Assembly (NCBI GenBank): GCA_038496445.1 | Contig: JALMLS010000440.1 | Location: 1 to 64,000, forward strand | Length of the DNA stretch: 64,000 bases | Direction: 5' to 3' | Origin: Trichosphaerium sp. ATCC 40318 | Lineage: Eukaryota; Protista; Tubulinea | Shown here: one piece after another, positions 12,152 to 26,001 of the stretch | Numbering within the stretch: the stretch's first letter is position 1 | How the letters are laid out: each line of letters begins with the position of its first letter | Made by a program: the position numbers and the translations under genes | The notes under the pieces: model-generated | Told to the model about the DNA's origin: nothing | What the model saw: only the letters and a program-made list of their open reading frames with translations | Database searches by the model: none

Positions 12152-12571
12152 AGTTAGATCTCATTATCTTTTTGTGATTATTGTTTGAAGTAGTCTTAGG
12201 TAAGAGATCAAATTGAACATGGCAAAAAACGGTTAGCTAACTGGACGTGGTTCTTTGAATAGCCATTGTACAATGTTTGCTGTGTTTTTGCATCCATAGG
12301 CAAGAGGTCGATATGAGTAGGAGTAATTTGGGTAAATTGTTACAAAGACAATACATTGATTTGTACGCTGACCTTAATACTGGAAGAGCGCTAGAATTAA
12401 AATTTCCATTAGCTATCATTGTAAAGAAGACTTTCCAGTATGAAGAATCCGGAACAGGCTTAAAGGACGTCAGGAACGGCTACTGTAATTTGTTATGAAC
12501 AGTTTACTTTTACATTCAAGCAAGGTCCTCTGTTCACTAATCTCTTATTTTTTACTGGGTTACACTCTAAT

Positions 12572-14477
12572 CTACAATGCCAAAAAGGCCATACATAGAA
12601 TCAAGACACTTGCTATAGTGAGCGCTCGACTGCTACACTTTACAACAACAACATTGAGAGTAGTTGCTATCTTTGTAGAAGACCTTGTTTGTTCAATACA
12701 TTGGCTTTCACCAAAGAGAACTTTTGGTGTGATCTCTTCGCATCCTTTGAGCTGTGATATCAATATTGAAGCTGTCTTGAATAGAAGTATGAATAAAGAA
12801 AACAGGTAAAAGAAATGAGAAGAAAGGGTTTTACCTGAACTGAATTTGCATCAATTGTAAATGGACCAACGATACAATCCTTTACTTGTATTGTAGTATT
12901 CGGTTTTGATAGTTGAAGTATTGTATTGTTAAACCTTGCTTTACCTTGACAAACGTTAATATTTAGATACTGTTACAAGCAAATGGAATAAAGTTCTTAT
13001 TCCACAGAAAGATAGATACCATCAATATAAAGATCCAAGTCAAGGATGACAACACTATCAGTAGGTATAAAGTCGCCTGGAGCAATCATTAAATAGGAAC
13101 CTATTTATAGTTATGCGAACCAGAAGGTAGTACAGTTATAGTTGAAGGAGTGTTGGGTTGACATTTTCTGTATGGATCTGAATCATTGAATCTACAAATG
13201 TATTTTAGAGCACGTGATTATTGTGTTTACTCACGGGTCCACATCAGCATTAGAGTTATATGAGTTACCAATCCTAGAGCTAGTGATACTTGCGCTAAAG
13301 TCTTTCATACCACTAGTCGTCCAGCATACTAGAAAATACATTGGTGTATTTACGTAAAAAAATAACAGCTGTTGATTGATACCTTCGAAATTGCAGGTGC
13401 CAGTAAAACCATCAGCTATCGTTCCTCCGCCAGAGATTGAGCCAGAATCTAAACCTACGACATGCGATACCTATGTGTTTATAAATTACTTACACAAAAA
13501 GCAAGTACGACTTACTCCAAGTGAACAAGATACAGAACTTTCATTCACCTCACCCAAGCCGTTCATAGAGAAAGAGTACGTAAACTCTTCATTTGCAGCT
13601 GGAAGACGAACATAGGATCGAATTTTAAGACTAAAGTCAGTACAAGAACCTAAAGAAGACGTTAAACAAACCTATCTATTGCGCTTGTTGAGAAAACATA
13701 CCGACATTGTATGGTCCTGGTGCAATAGTATGCCAAGCAGTTGTTGGCGTAAGGCAACAAAATTGAGTTAACTCCATGTCAAGTGACTCTTCGAGAGTAC
13801 CATCAACTTGCAGAATAAGATCTGTTATCGATTCATGTGCATTAAAGGGTGCTTCAAGAGGTAAACATACTAGCCTTTTTGTGGTATCGAGGTCAGTAAG
13901 CACTGGTGAAACGGAAACAGCTGTTGTTAGACCGCTCCTAGCTGTAACTCGTAGTCCGTGAAGCGAATCAGGACTGTCTTCTGTTAATCCGAAGCACCCT
14001 GTGTTTAAAAACCAGTAAACGAAGTGGGAGGGTAAAAGGTAAAGAAACAAAAATAGAATTGTTTTTTCCGATTAAAGGCTGTTTTATTTTGAACTAATCT
14101 CGCATCCACTGCTCGTGTTATATTCAAATAAGCGTACCACAGCCAGTTGAGAGCAAATCTACTTTATCAATATCACTATAGCGCCATTCGCAAATACCAC
14201 GAGATCCAATGCCCATCTGACATTGTAGACTATCCATTTGAGCTATATTTTCAACATACTCTCCTTCAGTAGCGTTATCTGCTCTAGCATATAGAAGACG
14301 ACTTCCAAGGTATGACGAATGCGATACAGATGCAGGACTCTGCTTTACAACAGTTGTTCCTGCTACTGTACCTAAAGCACGAATAGGACTCTCAACTATT
14401 ATCAAGGTATCTATAACACTTTGACAATTAATTGGTAGAGCAAACAACGCCAATAGAAGTAACGCTAGTAGTTTCAT
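12572..14477 (-). CDS. Surface protein B: paralog of protein A fused to the lectin-family C-terminal module
   Basis: The N-terminal exons align with 6300-7830 (YLGSRLLYARADNA; TQFCCLTPTTAWHTIAPGPY). The 3' exons DFIPTDSVVILDLDL / ARFNNTILQLSKPNT / ISQLKGCEEITPKVLFGESQCIEQTRS match the lectin genes. Confidence 0.82.
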
Positions 14478-15282
14478 TTTGTGCTATGGAATTTTCCTAG
14501 TTAAAATCCATTAATAAATAAACGTGATTTTTAGCCGATAACCACGTGTTTTTACGAAACGCTGCGTACTTGACAATGTGTTGTTGTATTAACTTGACTT
14601 TGTAGAGATACAGTAGCAGTTTTGGGACACTTGTGATCAAACGGTAATAGACAAAGACCAGTTTAGTTTCAAAGCCTACAAGGAACTCCTTTCGCAAAAA
14701 AAAAAAAGTTTTTTCTCCTTCCGAAGTATTTTTGTTCAAAATGACTCTTATTGGCAAAAAACTACACAACGTTGAAGCAATAGAGTAACTAAGCATGGCC
14801 GAAGGTATTTATCACTTGTTTTGATTTATTTCTTACTTCTGATAGCTAAAACGTCTACGAGTAGCACAAACGCGCCTATTGACGCGAGTGAGGTGCGTAT
14901 TACACTTGTTCGGTCAAATCGAAACTTTTGTTTTGAAGCCAATACCTTCGTTTTCGCTCAGTTCTTGTAGAAAAGTGATGTTAGTACAAAAATTACGCAG
15001 ATTGAATACAAACCAATCCCAAAGCACGATTATCAAAGCGTTGATAGTGTAGTAATATCTAAAGGTGGTATTGTACGTTATAAATGATTTTTACGCGTTT
15101 TCTCTCGTTTCCCACATTTTTTCTTCCGAAAGTGACGTGAAGTGTCTGGAATGGACTTCCTACGCATTGTTTGTTAGAAATCACTCTTATCGCTGCTATC
15201 TGACGATTTTGACACATTTACTATTTTTTTCTTTTTTTGACGTTTTTCGCCTCTAGCTCCACATAGCTGACTATATTCATAG

Positions 15283-16062
15283 GCGTACATTGCAATGGAT
15301 GATCACCTTATATCTGTCAATCTTAATGATAGTCAAGAAGGTAAAGTAACGATTGTAGAAGAAACTTCTTTTTTCTTGGACGCTCAATTGGCCATCACTT
15401 GTGATGATAAGTACTTGATAAGATTAAACGAAGTCGGTCTTACTATATACGATATATCATCAGGAAAAGTATATAAAAAATTAGAACGTGTCACGTGTGG
15501 TTCAGATGTTCACCCATTAACAGAAGACGACTATATTTTTACAGATGAGAAAGAACCAGATTTTTTTTATATCCTCGGTTCAAGCGACTCTGGTTCTATT
15601 TATAGATGTTGTATAAGTACAAGTGAAACTACACTATTCTCATCTATATTTAATGATGATTGTGATGAAAATGTTTTCGCTACACATTGCTGTAGTGATG
15701 GCGTTTCAAGCGTTTCTTACGTTTTGAATTTTGATCCAAAAAATCAGCTGTTTTCTTCTGAGGCTGGTTCAAAGAAGAGCAAGAAGGTCAAAGATAGCTG
15801 TACTTCTAGCTCTGATATTACTGCAATATGTAGGTATACACCTAAAGAGAGTAAAGGTGAAGAAACCTCAATATTGGTATGGGACAATGATCAACATAAA
15901 CTCTTAAAGATTGGAACTGTTTCTGGAGCCACTACATCTTGCGGTGTTGGAGGAGATGAAAGGACTTGGAACATTACTGCTTTAGGTATGTGGAAAGGTG
16001 ACGTTTACGGTTTTGTTATGAAAAAAGATGGACTTGTTGTTCTCAAAATGCAAGACCTTTAG
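15283..16062 (+). CDS. Hypothetical protein, possibly beta-propeller-like; probably the last exon of a gene with unresolved upstream exon(s)
   Basis: 255-aa ORF with beta-strand-like pattern, preceded by an in-frame acceptor CATAG|GCG. Confidence 0.6.
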   Translation, partial: AYIAMDDHLISVNLNDSQEGKVTIVEETSFFLDAQLAITCDDKYLIRLNEVGLTIYDISSGKVYKKLERVTCGSDVHPLTEDDYIFTDEKEPDFFYILGSSDSGSIYRCCISTSETTLFSSIFNDDCDENVFATHCCSDGVSSVSYVLNFDPKNQLFSSEAGSKKSKKVKDSCTSSSDITAICRYTPKESKGEETSILVWDNDQHKLLKIGTVSGATTSCGVGGDERTWNITALGMWKGDVYGFVMKKDGLVVLKMQDL

Positions 16063-16449
16063 AGTTGTGTTTTACAACGAAACAAAATAATAAAAAAAAA
16101 AAGCTTTTCTTCACAATGGTTTAGAAGCTTTCAATCAAATAGGTTCTAACAATATTGCATGTTTTGTGTAGTCTTAAAAGAGAGTAGTAGCCTCGGTAAG
16201 AAATTTTTGTGAAATCATGTTTTTTCCATCAAAATCACAAAGTGCTTCTTTTTAGCGTATGACTACTTGACTAACTGTCGTTCACATCATGTTTCTTTCG
16301 TATCTTTAAAACCTCATATATTAGTCAAATCCAATAGTCCCTAGCTCATCTTTATAAGACTTAGTTGTTTTAGTTTAAGCGAGACTTGATTGAAAGTGCG
16401 AAAATTACATATTGTTACGTCATCGAACAACACATAGCAGCTCTCCGAA

Positions 16450-19400
16450 ATGAAAGTAATCGCTGTTGTATGTTTCCTTACATGCGTACTATTCATTACA
16501 GGCGATAATGTGTTCCGTATTGGAAGTGTTTATCCAAACGAAGGTTTTTTTGCTACAAGCAGTCTTGTAACTCGTTATGGTCAAGAGATGTGGCGTGACG
16601 AGGTAACTACTACACCCCCGACTTTTCAATCTTTTTTTTTTGGTTTTGCTTTTCGCTAACATTGGAGTTTTTGTAGGTCAACGCACGTGGTGGTATTCTT
16701 ATTAATGGAACAGCTTATACAGTTGAACTCGTGTTTAAAGAAATAGGTACTCTTCGGAGTTGTTTTTTTTTTTGGGAGGTTTAAGTGTATTAAATTGTTG
16801 AATAGCATTCAGCGGTGAAGCTTCTGCGAATGGGACTGAAGAAATAATAAACGAAATTGATCCACATTTTTTGTTTATGGTACGTAGTTTTTTTTTTCTC
16901 GTAACAATTCTTTAGTTCTTTTTTACGCTAATGTATGTTCTTTTATATAGCCGGAATCTACTGGTTTAGGATTTCCAGCTGCTTTAGTTGCTCATAATTA
17001 CAAGATCAATAATTTATTACGCACGTGATAGTAATTTTAATCAAGCAAACACTCGTTGTAGTATGCGTTAGAAGCAAACTTTTCTTATTGAACAATTAGC
17101 TGCTACTGGAACACCGAGTGTATTTATGTGCGATGAAACGCTTCCTACACCGTGCACACAAACTGTGGGACGACGGTTACCTTACTCTATAAGTCTTGTA
17201 TTGCCCGCAGAGAAGTTTATGATTGAAGGCTTGAATTTATTAACAATACAAAATGTTAAAACAGTTGCAGTTTTTTGGGATGGTACTCCATTGTAGTTTA
17301 CTATTGTGAACTCATTTTCTAATTATAGAAAACCCATTTACATCTGTTGTGGCTGAAGGAGCTCTTCGTACCATCGATTTTTTAGATCTCGAGTTAGTTC
17401 ACAGCACTTCGATTAGAAGAGACAGTGATGAACAAATTGAAGACTTGACTGCTATGATTCAACAATTGAAAGTCCTACAACCAGGTATGTTTAAATGTGC
17501 ACAAAAGAAGAACCCCTAAAGTTTTATAGATGTTATTGTTGGCGCAACGTTTAGCTCTTGTGGGAATTTGATGCGTCTTGCAAGGGAAATGGATTTCAAT
17601 GCCAAGGTTTTTTTTGTTGCTTCGCTTGTTGCTACAGTTTTTGCTAACTCTTTAAAGGCGTATCTTTTATCCTATCCTTGCCTGGTAGATCCTGAACAAG
17701 TCAGAGAAACCATCAAAGATGATGCGAAATATGTAATGGCAGCTGGTGGATTGGTAAGTTGAATTAAGACGCATTTTGTTTTTTTCTGACTTTAGTCAAA
17801 GTGGGATTACAGGCTTCGGAGTGATTTATATGACGAAAAAGATGCTTCTGTTAGATACCACCATTTTATCAGTAATGGCACAAGTACATCAGCCGAGCTA
17901 TTTGCAGAGAAATTCAAAACTCGGTTCAATGTTGAACCAGACTTCCATGGGATGATTGGATACACTCAAGGGTACATTGTTCAATATGCACTGGAAACAG
18001 CAAAGTACGAAAGCTGATAATATTGAGTTCTATATAGTAACATTACTGTAGCACTTTGGACCCAGAGGAGATAAGAAAGGTGATAAGCGCAATGTATATG
18101 AAAGGGTTTTCGGGAGAGTTTCAGTTTGATATTTTTGGTCAAAACCTTGGGCGAAATGGATTGACTTATCAAATCGGAGAAGACCTTGAGTATGAGCTTG
18201 TTGCACCATTGTTTGCTGTTACAAAGCAATTTATATTCCCAGCGCCAAAATGGAATGAACGAGAAACTACCTACGGTTGGTACAGTACGTCACAAGCGTT
18301 CTACTTTTTTGAGAATAAACTGAGATAACATTTTTCTTTCTATTTAGAAAAGACAAGCGAGCACGTGATTCTAGCGTTGGTTTCTCTAGTAATGCTTATT
18401 ACTATGGGTCTTGTTTTATGGGTTTTACTGTACCAAAATAATAGAGTAATAAGAGCATCTCAACCCCTCTTTGTGGTTCTTACATTGGTACAAATTGCAG
18501 CAACGACCCATGACTTACTTTTGCTAGCTTGGTACTATGCTTATGTACTCCTCTGTATTTTTCTGGACACTTCATACTGATGACCTGCATTGTAATCTTA
18601 CAAGATGGCTTCTCGCAGTTGGATTCGGCGTACGTACCATCATGTTTTGATAACCCGTATTAAATTGTTTTCTTAGCTTTGCTACGGTGCTTTGTTTGCT
18701 CGCATATATCGTATTGGACAAATCTTCCTCACTCGTAGTCTTGAAGTATTCAAAGTAACAAATATGATGATTGTACCTATAATAGCTGCTATACTCGTTG
18801 TAGAGGTTATTCTCCTTGTAATATGGACAATAGTGAGTCGGGGTAAAGCTGAGCTAAACGATGCTGCACCTTTTATTCACAGCGATGATTTCTTTGAATG
18901 CAGACATACTTCCACTGATATCATTTTCTTCTCTTTACTAGCTATATTTAATATCGGTGTGTTGTTGTATGGTATTTATTGGGTTGTAAGAATATGGAAG
19001 TTAAAAGCTGTGCTCTATAATGAATCAAAGTACGCAGAAAAAACAAGAAAAAACAAAGAAAAAAACTAACTGTACTTCGCGTTCTTTTTTTTCAACTAAC
19101 GCACCCTTCAGATCTATTGGTTTCGCAGTGTATACTCTCGCGTTCTTTATTGCTATTGTTATTATAGTGCAGGCAAGATAATTGACTCTCTTTGAGTACA
19201 GGTTTTTTAACACTCTTACATAGGTGTTCGGATCTAATAACCGTGAATTGAGGTTCATACTAAGATCTCTTTGTCTCATACTAGGCCCGTTCATATCAAC
19301 AATGTCGCTGCTTATTCCAAGGATGATTTACATGACGCAAAGCGAAGAAGACAAAAGTGACACAAAGACTTCTGTTAATTCTTTAACATCAATGGGACCG

Positions 19401-19565
19401 TCAGAAGTTGCTGATTTGAGGAAAACAGTCAAAGACTTGAAGCAACAAATTAAGGTCCTCACAGATGAACTAGAGGCATACAAAGGTGGTACAGTAAGCG
19501 CTGAAGATTCTGTTATAAATACTGTTGTAAGTGGTAGACATGTTGCTAAGCAGTTAGAAGTTTAA
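16450..19565 (+). CDS. Class C (GABA-B-like) G-protein-coupled receptor with Venus-flytrap ectodomain
   Basis: Signal peptide; periplasmic-binding-protein-like N-terminus (WRDEVNARGGILING); 7TM motifs VIRASQPLF, GFGLCYGALFARIYRI, YNESKSIGFAVY; C-terminal coiled coil. Confidence 0.9.
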
Positions 19566-19726
19566 GATTCAAAAGTTCTAGATATTGTAAACCAAAAAAA
19601 AAAACTGTTTCATTCCTGTACACCTTGTTTTGTTATCTTTACCAGACTTTGCAATAATGTTCCTGTTTTGCTTGGCAAGAAAAGTATCATTGAATGGTTA
19701 CGTACTAATGTTTGGTGCTATTTATT

Positions 19727-21389
19727 TTACACTATGACCATGATTACAATAAGCAAAACTACATTCCAAATAACTGATACTAAATTACTACGACTGCTGC
19801 TACATGTTACAGTCTTGAGTTGGAAAGTACGTGCAAAGGTTGAAGAAGATCTTGATTGCTCAACACATTGGTTTTCGCCCAACAAAATCTTTGGTGTTAC
19901 TTCTTCGCATTCCTTAAGTTGTGATATCAATATCAAAGCATCCTAGCATGCAGGGTTACTTAGATCGAACAAAGAGCTTATTTGGTGGGCACCTCAATTG
20001 ATTTTGTATCAATAGTGAAGGATCCATTGATACAACCAGTCACATTCAATATTGTATTTGGCTTAACAAGTTTAAGTGTTGTATTATCAAACGTCACCAC
20101 TCCTTTTTAGATTATATTATGTTTGGAAGTTAACCATACGAATCTAAACTTACCTTCAATAGCAAGATCAAAATCAAGTGTTACGACAACATCAGTTGGT
20201 GTATACTTTCCTGAATCAATCTCGCAAATATAATGTGCTTGCCTTTCACAAAATATATCACCCCAATTTCCAATCATGAATACACAGTTTTCTTTTATAC
20301 CTCCTCTTCCGGTTGTTTTATTCTCTGGCTCATCAAATACCCATGGTCTATTCATAAAGATACTCCCATATTCAAGCACCTCGTTTGTTACTGCCTTTTG
20401 CACAGATTGTTAATTAACAACGCAATTTAGTTTTGTGAAAAATTGTGTTATTGTACCCACTGAAAGTCAAAGTGATCTCTGTATCCACTTGTCAATCCTA
20501 TCCAAATAAAACCTCTGTTTGTATCTGGTAAGATGCGGTTAATGAATTCATGTTCTTCAATGCTTGTGATTGTAGCAAGGTATCCACCTTGTTGTAAACA
20601 AAGTCCTAGCTGAAGTTCAGATATTTCTTTCTTCTTTCTATTCTATTTTTAGTACCTTGAGCTTCAGGCCATGTGACATAAGCTTTAACATAGTTGTAAC
20701 AATTACCTGTAATTATTCAATGCTCTGAAATAAACAGGCAGCGCAAGCCAGTTCATACCTGAAAAAGAGCTGACATGATCACAAGGTACATCTTGTTGTA
20801 TCTGTACACAAGGCGTTGATACTGAAGGAACAGTATTTGATGGCGCTTCACAAACAAAATGGTTTGCTGTACAGTTGCGGTGAATGAGCTACCAAAAGAT
20901 CAATAACATTTGTACGTTTTAAAGCTAGCAGAACTCACCCCTCCAATAAGCGCTGAGCAGTTTCCAGATTCTCGTACATAGGTCTGATGCAAAGCAATGG
21001 AATGTACTTTTGAGTTGTCATACCAAAGATAAGTACTGTTTATTGCGCTGCTAACATTTAAACGCAACATCTACTCATCTCAATTCGATTTACATTACAG
21101 TGGAGCAGACGTACGGGAAATAGTGTCATTACAGACGCCTCCATAATGCTATCAAGTTTAAGAGGGTTGAAACCTTCCAAGTTAATTAGAAAATAAATCA
21201 ACCACGTGCGTAACTTGGAATAGTTAATTTTGTGGTTAAAAACTTACCATTCTCGCAACTGTAGCCGTTTACATCATTGTGAAGGACGTAGGTTGTATTT
21301 TCCCAAAAACACCTTGAAATAACGTCACACGTGCTGTTTGTGGCGTAAATAAGCATAATACAAGCCAAAATAATAGTGGAAGAACTCAT
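19727..21389 (-). CDS. C-type lectin surface protein paralog L3 (no stalk)
   Basis: Same exon layout as L2; loop PWVFDEPENKTTGRGGIKENCVFMIGNWGDIFCE. Confidence 0.88.
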
Positions 21390-21633
21390 ATTAGTAAACC
21401 GGCTGCTGTTTTTTCGTATTTAGCGTAACTTTTAGTAACAGGAAGACTTGGGAGTAGTAAATGTGAGTTGTTCACATATGTACGCTAGTTATGGATCATC
21501 CGTTAGTCTCTTGCTTTCCAAGCAGCACATACACTTACTTCATTTCTTGAACGATTTTTTGATTGAACAATCTTTGTTTTTGAATCACGTGACAGTGACC
21601 AATGATACTATTGTTTGTTGATAGCCATTTATT

Positions 21634-23308
21634 TTACACTATGACCATTATTACACTCAGTAGCAACACGACATTCCCAATAACCGATAACACATTACTA
21701 CTACTACTGCTACATGTCACAGTCTCGACTTGGAAAATACTTGCAAAGGCTGAAGAAAATCTTGTTTGCTCAACACATTGGTTTTCGCCCAACAGAATCT
21801 TTGGTGTAACTTCTTCACATTCCTTAAGTTGTGATATCAACATCAAAGCATCCTACAAATACACGGTTAACTTGACCAAACAAACACTTATTTGGTGGGC
21901 ACCTCAATTGATATTGTATCAATAGTGAAGGATCCATTGATACAACCAGTCACGTTCAATATTGTATTTGGCTTAACAAGTTTAAGTGTTGTGTTATCAA
22001 ACGTCACCACACCTTTTTAGATTATATTATGTTTTGAATTAAACATATGAATCTAAACTTACCTTCAATAGCAAGATCAAAATCAAGTGTTACGACAACA
22101 TCAGTTGGTGTATACTTTCCTGAATCAATCTCGCAAATATAGTTTATTTGTCGTTCACAAAATGCGTCACCCCAATTTGTTATCGTGAATACACAGTTTT
22201 CTTTTATACCTCCGGAGCTTACATTTTGTGGCTCGAGTGAAGCCCAAGGTAGGTTCATAAAGATATTCCCATATTCAAGTATTTCATTTGTTACTGCCTT
22301 TGCACAGAGGGTTAATTAACAACGCAATTTAGTTTTGTGTGAAAAATTGTGTTATTGTACCCACTGAAAGTCAAAGTGATCTCTGTATCCACTTGTCAAT
22401 CCTAGCCAAATAAAACCTCTGTTTGTATCTGGTAAGATACTTGCTATGAAATTAGATTCCTCCAAGCTTGTGATTGTAGCAAGGTATCCGCCTTGTTGTA
22501 AACAAAGTCCTAGCTGAAGTTCAGATATTTCTTTCTTCTTTCTATTCTATTTTTAGTACCTTGAGCTTCAGGCCATGTAACATTAGCTTTAACATAGTTG
22601 TAACAATTACCTGAGTAATATTATTCATTGCTCTAAAATAGAAACAGCAGCACAAGCCAGTTCATACCTGAAAAAGAGCTGACATGATCACAAGGTACAT
22701 CTTGTTGTATCTGTACACAAGGCGTTGATACTGAAGGAACAGTATTTGATGGCGCTTCACAAACAAAATGGTTTGCTGTACAGTTGCGGTGAATGAGCTA
22801 TAAAGTACTGGCTTAACACAGAGTTGTATTCGTTTTATCGCTTGTAGTACTCACCCCTCCAATAAGCGTTGAGCAGTTTCCAGAGTCTTGTACATAGCTC
22901 CGATGCAAAGCAACAAGATCTACTGCTGAGCCATCATACCAAAGATAAGTACTGGTTGTGGTAATATTTAAACGCAACGTCTATTTACTCATCACATTTT
23001 TGAATTACAGAGGTAAGGCGCACGTACGGGAAATAGTGTCATAACGGACGTCTCCATAATACTATCAAGTTTAAGAGGATTGAAACCTTAAACAAAGGCG
23101 TAAATTTATTTAATCAACCACGTGCGTTTAACTTGGAATAGTCAATCTTGTTGCTTAAAAACTTACCGTTCTCACAACTGTAGCCATTTACATCATTATG
23201 AAGGACGTAGGTTGTATTTTCCCAAAAACACCTTGAAATAACGTCACACGTGCTGTTTGTGGCGTAAATAAGCATAATACAAGCCAAAATAATAGTGGAA
23301 GAACTCAT
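21634..23308 (-). CDS. C-type lectin surface protein paralog L4 (no stalk)
   Basis: Near-duplicate of L3; loop PWASLEPQNVSSGGIKENCVFTITNWGDAFCE. Confidence 0.88.
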
Positions 23309-24122
23309 TAGTAAATACTCCGCCTCTTGCTGTTATTTGTATTTAGCGTAACTTTTACGATCAGAAGCTTTATATTGTCTGAGTCATTCAAGTTTTAAGC
23401 CAGAACAAAAAAAATCCAGTTTCCTTATCTGTCAGATCTGACGGATTTGACACTTCTGGCAGAACTGCAAATCACACATTTAAAATGTGATGCACTCGCT
23501 GTCACGCTGCAATTTTTGCGAATGCAAGCGTTTCAAACCCACGTGATTTAACAACCGATACTGAAAATTTACGCTATAAATGGGCACATGTCGTTCACAA
23601 AGCCTAGCAGCGTTGATAGTGTTTTGTGGAGGTTTTCAGGTACTTTTATGTTAGAATACTTCTGTTTGCGTGGGGTAGGCGCCATTATAGCGCTAGTAAG
23701 TTATACCTACATTAGCATTTTTTGAAGCAAACATACTGTAAACAGAGTTTGAGCATAGCGCCATTCAGCAGTAATACAAAAACTTGGTAGCCCATTGAAC
23801 CATTTTAATTCGCTTTTAGCTCAAATACTAATGTTGTATCTTGCCATGTGCTTATTGAAACTAACATTGACAAGTTTGTTATCACTTAAGGTACGTTAGT
23901 CATACTAAGGACATCATTGCGATTAATGACACGCAAATAGTTCACATTGTGATAGATCTACACCATTTGACAGAAGTGTCAATTTGCTTTATGGGCTAAA
24001 AGTGCTAGAAACTCTGTGACAGACAATATGTTCTTGTTTTACAAGCAGTGCATACATTCAGACCAACTCCTGTTCAACGAATCACGTGAATGGCTAACGT
24101 TTCTACTTTGGTGATATTTATT

Positions 24123-25827
24123 TTACACTGCGACCATGATTACAATAAGCAAAACTACATTCCAAATAACCGATACTACATTACTACGACTGCTGTTACA
24201 TGTCACAGTCTTGAGTTGGAAAATACTTGCAAAGCTTGAAGAAGATCTTGATTGCTCAACACATTGGTTTTCATCCACCAGAATCTTTGGTGTAACTTCT
24301 TTACAGTCTATGTGATGTAGTATCAAGACTACCGATTCCTACAAATAATAATGATTGGGACATGTACTTTTTAAATACAAGTACCCTAATTGAGGTTGCA
24401 TCTATACTAAACGCTCCATTTATACAATCAGTCACATTCAATGTTGTATTTGGCTTAACGAGTTTAAGTATTGTGTTGTCGAACGTAACCACTCCTTTTA
24501 ATGAATAGGTTAGGACACTAGAAGAACCGATTGTGACTGTGTACATACCGTCAACTGATAGATCAGAATAAAGCACAACTGGAACATTAGGTGGTATAAA
24601 GTTGCCTGAATCAATCTCACATACAAAATTTAATAGCCCTTCACAATACATATCACCCCAGCCTGATCTTGTGAATATACAATTTTCTTTGACACCGTTT
24701 ATATCTCTATTCTCTGGCTCACTTCCATGCCAAGGATATCCAAATTCATTCCCAAATTGGAATGGTTCATTCGTCACTGCCTTGGTCACGTGTTAGGTAC
24801 TGTTATCGATATACAGGTATAAACATCATTCATGTACCCATGAAAAGTCAAAATGATCACTTTTATATCCACTTGTCAGTCCTATCCACCAAATCCCATT
24901 TGTTGGTAATATACTTTCGACAAAATCATGTTCTTCTCTGCTTGTGATTGTAGCAAGGTGTCCGCCTTGTTGCATACAATATCCTAGCAGGTGACATTTA
25001 GTTATCTTATAGCTATCTTCGCGTACCATGAGCCCTAGGCCATGTTGATCGGCTACCGCAAACGATATAGTAGCTACCTAATATACAATCAAAATAACGT
25101 TACAAGAGAAGAAATATTTCTAAGCTGCTATTCCTTACCTGAAAAAGAGCTGACTTGAGAGCAAGGCTCAAGCTGATTTATCTGTACACAAGGTGTTGAT
25201 ACTGATGGAACAGTATTTGAAGGTGCTTCGCACACAAAATGCTCTTCTGTACAACTACTGTTTTGTATGACCTATCCAAAAGAGGATGAAAAAATTGTAA
25301 ATAACATAGTTTTCTCGCTTTCAGGTGATATAACGAATGATACTTACTCCCCTTATGAGCGTAGGACAGTTCATGTTGTCAATGATACTCCCACGATATT
25401 CAGTATGCAAAGCGATAGGATTTACAATAGAGTTATCATACCAAACATAATCATCTACGTTTTTTCTGATAGCTAACCGCAACCACTAAATAGACGCACG
25501 TTAAAGAAAGCTCGACGCACGTGCTCAAAAAAACCCCAAAAAACCTGAATGCACATACAGGAAATAGTGTCATCACAGACGCCTCCATAATGCTGTCAAG
25601 CTTGAGAGGATTGAAACCTAACGAGTTAAATTAATAAAGTAAGTTAAGCTTACAATGCAAGTCCAAACGCTACCATTCTCGCAAGCATCACCAGCCGGAT
25701 CATTATGAAGAACGTAGGTTGTATTTTGCCATATACACCTAGAAACAACCTCACACGTGCTCTTGGGTGTCATAATACAAATAATTAAAGCGAGAGCTAG
25801 TACAGGAGCAGCGAGACTCATGTGCAT
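24123..25827 (-). CDS. C-type lectin surface protein paralog L5 (no stalk)
   Basis: Loop PWHGSEPENRDINGVKENCIFTRSGWGDMYCE; WWIGL motif; same intron positions. Confidence 0.87.
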
Positions 25828-26001
25828 TTTTAGCAAGGATTATTTATCCGATAACTTCATCTTAATTACCCCGTTGAACCAATACGAACTACCAAAAAAG
25901 TTTGAGTTACCTTGAGTGAATAGCTTACAAATAAGCGCATTTAGGTTCAACGCTATTATCAAAATCTCCGTATCACTGAACACCCAGTCAACAAAAACCG
26001 T

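Noticed and set aside
19173-19223. Second GC-AG intron in the GPCR (CAG|GCAAGA)
   Set aside because: An in-phase GT donor 6 nt upstream (ATA|GTGCAG) explains the frame equally well; undecidable without cDNA.
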